Source: Fimbriosthenelais zetlandica
Taxonomy: Eukaryota
DNA: 64,000 nucleotides
Assembly: GCA_977030845.1 (NCBI GenBank)
Contig: OZ365115.1
Location: 25,978,001-26,042,000 of the forward strand
Direction: 5' to 3'
Shown here in pieces: positions 27,001-39,000 of this stretch; within the stretch, counting starts at the first letter, position 1, and each line of letters opens with the position of its first letter. The notes under the pieces were generated by a model, which was not told the DNA's origin, made no database searches, and saw only the letters and a list, made by a program, of their open reading frames with translations. The translations under genes were made by a program, and so were the position numbers.

Positions 27001-30000
27001 AGAATTCAAAGAATGAGCATTTGAAGGAGGAAGCTGCTTTGCATGATACCATGTACTACCATAAAGTTGCCTACACATTGTGGAGGTCCAGAAAAAATAT
27101 TTCACTTATCATATTTGAATTGAAAAACTGAAAACAATCAAAACCAAAGGGCGAGGTCCATTTGTTTGGCCAGTGTTATGAACAATGATATCACTTAAGT
27201 GGATATCAACTGTTCTGAGTTTTTGTTTTTGTTTCGTGCCTTTTCTGTCGAGAGCAGAACAAGGCACCTGACAACAAGAAGGGAAGATACATTATAAGGT
27301 GCACATAAATATTTGAGGAAAGCCATGACCATGCCAACAGATGTAGAGAGATATTACACATCAATAGCACAGCCACATATACCAATGGTGCAGCGAAGTG
27401 AAGCACTACTCACTACTTAGCCAGTCAAATGTCTAAAGAGAGAGGATGCAGGAAGAAGATCTAATTATAGTCATTCTACTGTCACCTTTCCAGCATTCTG
27501 GTGGTCTCAGTTTCAAGTCTATGATGGAGATGCAAACTCTAGTCTCCATTGCGCATGCGTGTAGCAACTTGGACCCGGAATAGCTTACAATCTAGTGTTT
27601 GTTAGAGTGTTTGGTTGTCCTGTTGCTATGATCTACACTCTATACTGTCAAGTAGTCTATCTACTAATATACCAAGTCTTGTATTCTATCAATCCAATCT
27701 CTTAATATATATGACAGTTGGACTGGGGGAAGAGGCAGGCAAGAGAGAAGAAAATAAATGTCAATGATGATTAGACAAAGGTGTATGAAGAGGGGTATAT
27801 CATTGTGCTCCCCAACCCACCATCCCAACTGCATTATTTCTTGTTATACCCCCTGTTGTACAAGGAACCTCGCCAATGGCCTTTACTTTGTCCAAGTACT
27901 GTTTTCTTGAAAAAATTGCTCGGTATTGCATTGTCCAAGCTCTGTTTTCTCAAAACTAGTGCATTTACAATACAATCGCTCGACGAGGGTACCCTCGCCA
28001 ACCCTCGCCATTAACGATTTTCTTGTACAACACAAGGATAGAAAGCCAAGCCTGTAAGTTCAGGATCTCCTTTGAAGCTTTTGAAAAACAAAGTGTATCA
28101 ACCCTATTTTTGAAAAGCTTCCAGTCTTAGTGTGTAGTAAGAAAAGAATCTTCGGCACAGATCATCTAGAGGGTGTGTATGTCATGTATGTACTACTAAG
28201 ATTCGGGGGAAAGAGAAATTATAGAGGAGTGGGTGGAAAAAGACCAAAAAATTCCCATCAGATCTTACAAGACTGGGTTGGGGATTGAATGCGTGTCCAC
28301 TGTGTCTGTCTTAGGATATACAAGGACCTTGGGGGGACCTTATAGTACAGGACTCTCTTGTGCTTTGGTGTAAACATGGGTGTACCTTTGGGGCAACTTT
28401 TCGTTTCCGTAGTTTAGGAAGGTCAGGGATTGCTTCCACCAAGGATCCTCTGCGAGGCTGTTGGGCCAGTAAGGAGTTACGTCGCTGTCTTTGAGTAACC
28501 TCTAGCTGTTCCACGTCGGCTTTACTATAGGTCTTTTGTGGCACCAGAACATCCTCTGAACCACGACGCTCTGGTGTCTGTTTTAAGGGGTAAGACAATG
28601 TTTCAACATGAGTGACGCAACAGTTGAGACGCAAAAGGTGGGGTTGACAGAAGCACATAAACAGTAACATCAACATGAAAAGTTTCACACTGAAGCTGGA
28701 TTGGCATTCAACTGCAGGGGGTTGTTTTGAGCAGTACCAAGGCAGGGAATACCAAAGTCAGTCCACAAAGGGTAGATGGGATCTATTTCTTCACAAAAGG
28801 TGGCATTTACTTTCGTTATGATAAACCCGTTAGATTTGTTAACACGTATCACTGCAATAGTTCTAGGTGTACACGTAAACCCGACCCTGTGAACTCCTCA
28901 AGTGATTTTTCACATGGATGAGGATGCAGTATTTGAAAACTCAAAATATTGAGCCAATCATTAATAGATTTTCTCTAACCCCCAGCACTTGAATTAAGGT
29001 CTGACACATTGGTAATTCGTGCTCTACAACACAGGGAAAAAAGAAATTTGGGATGCAATTTTTGATCGGAGCATTGAAGAACTTCAAGGGACTTGAGGTA
29101 CCATCATTTTGAGGGGCATAGGAGGACATTGGGGTTGAGTTCGATATTCCCTGTTCTTTTCATTTACGAACAATTCAACTGGAATCAAGACTAAAATTCA
29201 CTGCAAGGCCACACTGGTGTTAGGGGTCCAAGTGTGCAACATGTAAATAGTATACAAAAATGATTAGATTATACAATCTATTAAGTACATCAACGTTATA
29301 CTATCTTGCCACTGGACCATCACCCTTTTTCTATACTCAATACTAACGAATGTCTTTTTCACCTGATTGCTAGACACTTGAATATTCAAAATTCATTTTA
29401 TAATGCATGATGACAATACAAAGCCTAGCCATAATTATAGGCTCTCAAAAACTAGTCTTTAACAAAACATATTGAACAATATGAATGTAGAGCCATCTAT
29501 TATATATATACAATATCTAATATAAATTCTAAAGTTACTATCAAGATTCCTTAAGGAAATCCTCAACATTATGACATGACCTTTTTTGTTGCTAAGTACA
29601 GATAATTTTGATGCAGGAGAATTTTGTGATTTATATTTATGACAGTTTTCTGAACGACGTTTCTTTGACATTAAAATCCTTATCCATTCCAGCAACTTCA
29701 TTAATGGACAAAGCACAAAATTCTATTGCTCTGTCAAAATTAGCATTCTGCTACATTCATGTTGGTATATGAAAAGTCCATAATTTGTCGGCTACATTGT
29801 GTAAAAATAGGCCAAAATCTAATAGTGACAAATTTTCCTTCTAACCTACTTCATTCAATCTATTGATTTTGATTTCCATTACTGAATGTGACATAGCATC
29901 GACACTGGAAGAAGGAAATTTTAAGTTGATACACGAAGCTTCTAAACTAGCATTACTTTTCCATTCGTTGCATCCACGATACCTTTTCAAATGTTATTCT

Positions 30001-33000
30001 ACAAATGCAGAATTGAAACCTAGATCTAAGAAGTATCTACACTCAAACTAAAGGTCCTTACTCTTTGATTTTTACAAGGAATCTTGTAAAAATAGCCTTT
30101 GATTCTACTTCAGTTGACACAATTAGGGACATCTGGACTTTTAAAGAAACAAATGCCATTAAAGCAACAAAGGGTCGCAAAATACGAGAGAAAAATACCT
30201 GGGTATCAATGCTAGAACTCTGTCTTTTGTTGGGTCCAATATCGGCAGGGCTAGTCAAACCCGCTTGGATTTGCGCTGTAGCCCTTGTCTATTTTTAAAA
30301 TAAAACTCTCAGGTCCTGATGAGATAATGAAATATCCATAGTTATCCATCGCTGTCCTGGAGTCCTCTGCAATTTTCATTATCTGAACAGGACCTTTGGT
30401 TTAGGGACCAATTAAAATTTTGGTTGGATTTTCAATCAATTCATTGCATCTTTTCATTACATCAAATGGTCAGAAGGAGGTAATGATTGAATATAAAACG
30501 GACATCGTTCTAGCAGTTACTTAGGTCCAACTAAGAGCATTCAACATTCATTCAGCCATCTTAGATCTTCCGGAAGAAAAATTGAATTAACATCTAAAAG
30601 AAACGCGTTAATATTGACGCAAAAAGAGCACATCTGCATCCCAGTGCCTGTACATACAGATTGGTAGTGTTTTCTTCAAAAAATCATTTATGTGAACACA
30701 CACATATTATAATATGAGACTTACACAAGATTTTCATGATACTTTGAGAGGCTGAGTTTTTGGGATTGGGCACTGACCAGTTTTGATATTCGGATATCAC
30801 AGAGCCTACCAACAACAAAACAGATGTCATCATCTTCAGTGGTATAAACTAGATACAAAATGTTTCTGGAATACCAAAGTGAAAGTTATGCTTATATATT
30901 GACATTGCATTCATGTAAACATCATTCTCCTTTGCCTAACCTTTGTACAATTAAATCCCTAGCAAAATATATTGTTTGTATGCTGAGGAATCGCTTCACT
31001 TGACACCAAGACATACATTTTGATGCACCCACATGCAGAACCATCTAAGACACATTGATATAATTTCAGGGCTGTCAACTCTCAGGATTTTGGCCGGATA
31101 TTCTAGCTTTTTGGGGTCTAAAAATGCCTGTCTCAGGCCTCCGGCCTTTGGGCTACCAAAATCCACTTGTCTCAGGACTTTTTGAGACTCAAAAAAATTA
31201 AGCAACATGATTAGGTGACAATTCCATTGTTTCTGGTGAAATAAACTGACCAATCTAATTAAAATATATGTTTTTGTAATGGTTACACAAAAGAGGCACT
31301 GAAATAATAATCAGAAAGCCTTAAAATGGCACACAAGTGTTATAAGTTTCCAGGAGGCATGCCTCCTGAGCCAAAAAACAAAGCTCTGTGAGGGGCTCTG
31401 TGCCGCTGGCACTGGGTTTTAGGCCCGCGAAAATTCAGCTAGAAGATTCAAAACTTCATATTATGTTAAACAAGGAGGTAAATCTTTATAGCCTTGCAGT
31501 CAAGGGCTGGAACTACGTTTAACATTTCTTGAGGGGCAAAAATGCTTGGACAAAAAAATATATTGAAAATGTGACTTAGATCGTTCTGCCCATGGATGCT
31601 TCATTTGTGAAACATCCCAAAGGAATACCTAATGGTTAATCTTCAACGGAATGAATTGGGTGGAAATTATGTCTCGAATATTCCAGATATTGAATTTGTG
31701 AGTACACGGTTGAGAAACATGACATAACGAAGATTAGCGACAGAAAGGAGGCATCCAGATAGAATTATCCCTCGAGATGATAGCTTAACAATGACACTAG
31801 ATGAAAAGGGATGAAAAGGGGAAAGAACCAGTACATTTCCTTATTCATACACGTCCACCACTTGATTGAGTATCATATTTAATTGTTGCAAAAAAAGACT
31901 GAAAATGGAAAAGAAAGAAAAGAAAAAACAATAGGAAAAAAATTGTGGGTGGATTGAAAAAATTGTGGATTAATTGTATGGTTGACCCTACAACTTGGCA
32001 AATTGATGACAAAAATCTATTGTAATTAAAAATCTTCCACACAAAAAGGAAATGCTAATTTTGTTCCAAATGAGGTTTTCAGTGGTTACTTTCCAAATTA
32101 GATTTTTAGTATTTGGCTCAATAATTGTTATTTTCTTTCAAATCAAAAGTTGTAGCTAAAAACATTGATGGTTGTGTACATAAGGAAATGTCTTAACAGC
32201 AATTCTTTAGATTCAAAAGGAACAAGTTACTTTGTCCAAAAGCAATATTACTTGGAACATAATCCTTATATACCGATGGTCCCAGTGGCTTCTCCATTCT
32301 AGTCATATCACCATTTTGATATAAGAGATATATGTTTGCAAGTACGAAGGCACCTTTCAACTCTTGTGTTTCCATTAATTTTTCTGTATTTAATCAACGA
32401 AAAGGCTTATTCTGTTCATTCTTCAGTAAAGCTTTTTAGTTAAGTTTAGTCGTTAATTCCTTATTCTGTCAATAGAACATAGTCCTATTAAAAGTTTCTT
32501 GCACAAGGAACCTCGCCAATGACTAGGGTCGGCGAAGGCAACCTCGTCGAGCGTTTGCATTGTTCAAGTACTGTTTTCTCGAAAAAAGTGCCTGGACAAT
32601 TGCTTGTTATTGCATTGTCCAAGCACTTTCTTGTCTAGAATATTGCTTGTACAATACAAACGCTCGACGAGGGTACCCTCACCGACCCTCGCCATTGACG
32701 ATTTACTTGTAGCCTACAACACCCTGAATGTTAATTTGACTAATTTATTTTGATGAATTTTGGCAAAAGTTATTAAAACATTAAACTGGTTGTAAACTGA
32801 TAGTGTACAAGAGTTCAGAGGTGCCTTCAAAGCCTTTGGACATAGATGCTTGATTCCACTGGTCCGTGCGTGCATTAATCCAATCTGTGAAGAGTTTGCT
32901 TGACTCCAAATGTCCTTTAAAGACCATAAAGTTGTTAATCTGGCCTTAGAAAAGCAGTGTGTAAAGATCATTAACAGGAAAGGTACATTTTCAAACCTCT

Positions 33001-36000
33001 GACCTGAAGTTAGTCTTATTTCTTATAGTATTTTTTACAGTATGTTTTTTACATAAATATTTCTCCAAAATGAATACAAATTACATCCAAAAGGAGATCA
33101 GAGGAAAAAAAGATAATTTCTGAGATGTTCTTTTTATATAAAACTCATGAAATCTATTTTTTTCTAAATTGTAAAGGCATCAGGTCATTTTCACCTTGTA
33201 AGAGCCACATCGTCTTTTAACAGGTTCGAAAATTTTCAAATATTGAACAAATATTTTTTTACCAATGAATGTGGTTTTCTTCAATGTCAAATATTATTAT
33301 GGAATATGGCTCCTACGTGTGACTTAGGAATATTTAACATATTAGTCAGAAGCAGATGCTAATTGTTCTCATGCTATTAGTTAGGGTTCGAGCCCTAATT
33401 GGGTAAATTCCAAGTAAACCTACTCATTTTACTTTCTTCATTATTTTTTCTTTGTATTGATCTATAGATCTATTATTTCTGTTCACTATAACTTTCTATG
33501 GTTGGTTTTGCCACAGCTTAGTATATTAAGTGTCTTATCCAGTTCCCTGACCATAAAAGTTAGCAAATAAGTCCATTATTAACCAAGTGAAGTTAACAAC
33601 ACTTGGAAAGATTTCTTTGGGCAATTCTTAATGCAGCATTCCAAATATATTTTAGTGAATTCAATTGAACCAAATCTCATAAATAATTAAATTTTTTACA
33701 TTTTTACAAATTCAGCCCTACAGATTGGAGATTCTGTTGTTTTGAGACTGATAAAAGAAAGGAAAGGAAAAAAAAGAAAAGGAAAAAAATGAAAATTAAT
33801 AAAAATATAATTTAAATAATTTATAATTAATTATCTCAATGGCCAGGGGAGTGGATTTGAGGGATACACCTATAAAACAAATTAGGGTTTCTGCAGCAAA
33901 TATTTTCATGATTTGCAATGCCAATATAATGAGGAACAGTGCGGCCGGCACTTAAGATGTCCGGCCCAGTACCCCTTCCTTCCCACATCACCTTCTCCCG
34001 TGGCATCCTGAACTCGGGTTTTTCTGTGTATACGAGATCTGGCCAATCGGTCACTAGTTCCGCCAGTGATAATCGACGGAAAGTTTTATGGTTGGCAAGC
34101 TTGTGAACCCAAACCCACTCGAACTCCTCATCCTCATCAAACGTATCATCTTCTTCATCAAGAAAATCATCTTCTTCAAAAGTCTCACCAGTTACTGAGT
34201 CCAGATCATCCACATTGAATGGTCCCGGCTGTTTGGACGGTGCCCAGTGAAAGAAGGACATGCATTAAAATTCCACATCTTGAATTATGGTTTCATAAAA
34301 ATGACTCAGTTCGGGTTTGTTTCATTAATATTGAATTCTCTTAATAGTGCTTTGATCAGAAGGTTATATACAGAGAGATGAAACAAAAATCAAAGGGAAT
34401 AAAATTCTCTGTCAAAGTATTTGTTTTTTGTGTGTTTAATACTGGAATAATTGTGTGGCTGATTCTAGGCAATCACCCGGCCCAGAGCCCAAGTTCATGA
34501 GATCATAGAATTTAGAAAAAAAGTCAACTCAACACAGAGGGAAAATGGTAAAAAAAATTATGTAATCCTGAGTTAATATCCCTTGCTTTCATTTGTTTTA
34601 CTTCGTCTTAGTCTTACAGTCTTTACTTAGAAAAGAGATATGGGAGTACTAACTTCAAAATGTTCTTTCTCTCAAGATTATAGCCATATTCTGACATCCA
34701 TAATACAAGCTGTGGAATCAGTGCATGCTTTTAAGAACCTGGCATTCAAACTGAATTTCATTTTCAGAAGACGCTTGATAATTTCTTTGAACCCAGACCA
34801 CTGTTGCTACCATTATGCATTGAGAAATGACAATGTCAATACAGAGACAAAATCAACAGAATAATATAGTCAATATATGCCACTACCTCTATACGACATG
34901 GCTTCTGAACGGATGCAGATGTGCGAAGATTAGTTTGATATCTCTACCGACCTCACAAATACTAAATCTAACACTCGCTATAACCTATGGTTTAGTTGAA
35001 AAAAAAATCTTTTAAAATTGAGTACTAATAATGTTAAAACTATGATCAATCATTTAAAAATAGTATATAATATAATACATTTTTACAAACATTAGACAAT
35101 CTGATTTTGTGATTTTTTTTTTCAGCAATGTGTTGTTAAAAGAATAGGCCAATGATTTCATCAGATTGGAATTGTAAAAGAGATCAAAATTATATTAGTT
35201 CGAAAAATAAATCATTTCCAAATTTAAAGCTCTATACATGAACAAAATATTTTACCAATTTTCTTCCAAGAATAGCAGGAACATTGTTTATTTGGTGTTA
35301 AGTATGATCTATGTGCAAAATGCTTTCGACTCATGAATTCCCTAAAACTAGAATATTAATAAACAAAACGATCAACGACCTTGACATACATAATTGTCTA
35401 CCTAGCGTAATAATAACCATCGTGGAGCATGTCACCATACGGTAATGATCAAAATGACAAGGCTAATCACGAAAAAAATCCTTTCATTGACATAAATGAA
35501 TGGAAACAGGGAAAGAAAAGGATAAAGAATGAAGCACAAAACATGGTGCGGGGTAAGAATGGCATGTTTGCTGGGCAAAGTGACTACGATAGGTACCTGT
35601 GGAGGTTCGGACGATATGTTTATCATTGGTGCTAGGGATCCAGAGGCTCGGTCATAACCGTCATCTAAGCCTTCCGTGCCCCTATCTCCTCTAGAAGTGT
35701 CATGAGGATCCGATTCAAATTGCTGAAATTAAAGTTTCACACAACCCTTGTGTTTATACTTCTGGTCTCGATTCCGCTAGAACCCAGTCTCTGTCAGACC
35801 AAGTGTAGGCCTATAATCTCTCTCACAGTCTGGGACCTTTTCTCATGTTTTTTTTTAGAAAGAAATATTTGTCCAAGTCCGATGGGTTTGTCATGATTGT
35901 TCTACTTCGGGTTTTTAGGCTGAGAACAAACTGGGAGTGCACAGTACTACAGGCTATAGCTGGTTCAGATGGTTGGTTAACAACAGTTCAAAATCCATGC

Positions 36001-39000
36001 TCCTCGTAAAGGAGCATGATTTTCATGCTGGAAATTTGTAAACATTTGGATTGGTTTCATTGAAGTATGTACATGGACACACATAGTGGTAACGTTGCTA
36101 ATGGAATTACATATAATGGTAATGTACCGTACCATTATCAAGCACTCAGCGAGTGCTAACTATAGTATGGTCTAAGTGACAATGGTATTGGACATTGAGG
36201 AATTTGCAAAATGAATACTTTACAGGGGATTGACATTGAGAACGGACTAACTGTATCATCCGTTGTTGTGCAGATGAATAATGACTTAAAAGAAGGCAAA
36301 ATAAGCTCATGGAACAAAAGAGAAGGAAATAAATGAGAATTTTCCGTCTGCATCAACGATTGAAATGAAACAATGATACAAAGGACCCAAAACAGTGGTA
36401 GGAGAGAAAGAGAGAGTTGTGGATTCTTGACAATAATAATAAGCAATGATTGTACAGTCAAAGTCAGGAAAATTAAAAAATTCTGGTTGCCTGTGGGAAA
36501 AAGGAGTCATCAGTTGTCAATGCACAACAAAAAATTACGGAAAAATCGTGACAAAAAGTCTCCACTGCACCTGAAAGTTTCCAAATTCTGAAATTGGATT
36601 TTACAGTGCAGGGACAAGTATGGCTGGAGAGAGAATTTCAACTTTGCAAATAAAGCAATGACAATGAGTTTGCCAAAACAAAGTGAGTAAGAACGGTCCT
36701 CAAAAAACAGCAAAGCTGGGGTCGGGGAGTGAAATGGGATCAAAGTTCTTTAGTTCAAAAAATGAGAAACTCAGTCAAAAGGTGGGAAATTGAAACTATA
36801 AGAGAGTCAGTGCAGTGTAATACTGTAACAGCGTAAGTCACAAAATTGGTAGAGACAAAAAAAATAGACCGACGATTGTAGTAGATGTATACTAGAATAT
36901 AACCGTTTATTTCTGGTTTTAGAAGAAGTGGCAGTTATGAGGAGAAATTGGGGTTAGGGAGAGAAATTGTTTGAATGACTTCCCAAAGATCATCGGTTCT
37001 GAGTGATATCGTGAGACCTCATCCGTTGGTTATACAATTATGGAGGGATATAATTTGGAGATGAAGTGAGTGAGGCTTACCTTAGCTTTAGAAAGGTCGT
37101 ATCCAGACATTCTTCGTCGTCTGTCATGTTCCGGCTTCTCAATTTCCTCTGTTGAAGAGTAGCACAAACAGAAAATAAATCAGATTTGTGATATAAACTT
37201 TTCCTCTCTAACTGAAGTATAAAGTACAGTGTGTGGATCTTTTTTTTTCTTTTTTTTTTAATATTAGAAATTTATAGCAGTTTTTAAAGGAGTGCTCTGC
37301 CAGAGCTAAGGAACCTGTTGGTTAACACTTCGAGTTTCAGTGAATCATAAAGCGAAATTTAGATATTAAGACTTTCAAAGTTGAGATGGATACTCTATCC
37401 CAGCTAAAGCCGGGAGCACGCAAATCCGATTCTCTATCCGGTGCCATCGGATAGCTGTCAGAAACTGTATTTCTGTTCACACCAGAAATAGGGTATCGGA
37501 TGGTGACGGATTGGAGAATCGGATTAGTGTATTCCACGCTTAAGAGGGGCTTCTTTTGTTGAGAATCATGAAGAGAAATTTACATATTTCAAAGGGCGCT
37601 CTGCCACAGCTAAGGAAGTTTTTGACTTATTTCAGAATTTTGAAGAACATTGTATCCCAACTAAGGGAGAACCATGGATCTAGATGAAATATCTGAATGG
37701 TCGGACCGATAGTCGAAGTCAGATCCACCAAACTTTTTGGACTATTTGTAAGTATGGAAGGACAAACTCTGATCCGGCAAAGTACCAGAGTGTCTGTGGG
37801 TTGTGGTATACCTTAAGGCATACAGTCCAGATACTATTGCTAAGCTACCTTGCCCATCCTTATTTCAAGTATTTAGTTTAAAGTCGCGGACACTTTGTCC
37901 AATTTTATTTTAAATGTAACTGCTATCCAAGCTATGCATGTGCATTTCAGATTAGTTGTTTTATATTATAATGAGGTAATTAAATTAAAATAATATCTAC
38001 AATATAAGGTTGAAATATTATTATATTCAAGGAACTGCAAAAACTATTTATGTGGGGTAGGATTGGTAAGGTGAAAAACAAAATCAACCGAAGGGTAAAC
38101 TACATGCAGTCTACATCCTATGGAAAAGAACTGATGCAACTTAAAAGTGAAATGTGTTCCTAGGCTGAGAAAAGATTTTTCTCAATGCAAGGGAAATCAT
38201 CATATGTTCAAATGGACAGAGGAATTTACAATAACAGCATAGAGTAAGTTCTGTTCAACTAATCCCAGAATTCTAATATTTTATCATACAGTTCAAACTA
38301 GATAATTACAAGTCGGGTTCCTCCACTGAAAGTTCTGGCACAAATGTAAAGTTCTGCACCAGCAGGGGATTGCTATTTGCGAGGAGTGCCAATAGTATGG
38401 TCTATTTGCGAGTTGTGTGGCAGATATGGCAATTGAGGCCATAGAAAAGTCAGCCACAAGGGCTAGCCGCAATAAAATCGCAACAAAACCCACAAGACAA
38501 AAGAACTGCAGTGGAACTACTCCATTAACAAAATTCTATGAGGCATGGGAGTATTTTATATGAGGTATGGGGAAATTGTTCATTGAAGCACAGATTTATG
38601 TACTGCATGTCTCAATATACAATTCAGTTTCAGCTCTAGTTTTTTTTACAGTCAGAATGGTATACAATGTCATACGTCTCTGTAAGAGTACAGGTCGTTT
38701 ACGGCGAGCTGGCTTTCTGAGTGCCCACGGCTTCAATTCTACAGTTTCGGTCACAAAAGATAGAGCCAAAGAAAAGAAGAAAACATGATAACCACTGACA
38801 AATTGAAATCTAAGAAACTATAAGGGGAAAGAAACTATAGACATATTGTGGAACGATTGATAAAAAAAACATTCAGTGCCTTTTTCAGGTTTGATATTGA
38901 GGAAGAAATGACAAAACCAAGCTGTTTCATTTTAGACGAACAACATCCTTGCAACATAGATTAACCCACAAAATGACGTTTCTCCTTTTCATTATTTTGC

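Noticed and set aside
32193-32375. 60-aa minus-strand ORF in the D1 intron
   Set aside because: No phase-0 acceptor/donor pair and no recognisable motif.
34618-34625. Possible 8-nt or 3-nt microexon before a gtaaga donor
   Set aside because: The 8-nt form starts with TAA and the 3-nt form has a poor acceptor; indistinguishable from chance.
36571-36587. Possible 17-nt microexon
   Set aside because: Weak donor (gtgcag) and a length incompatible with the surrounding phase-0 cassettes.
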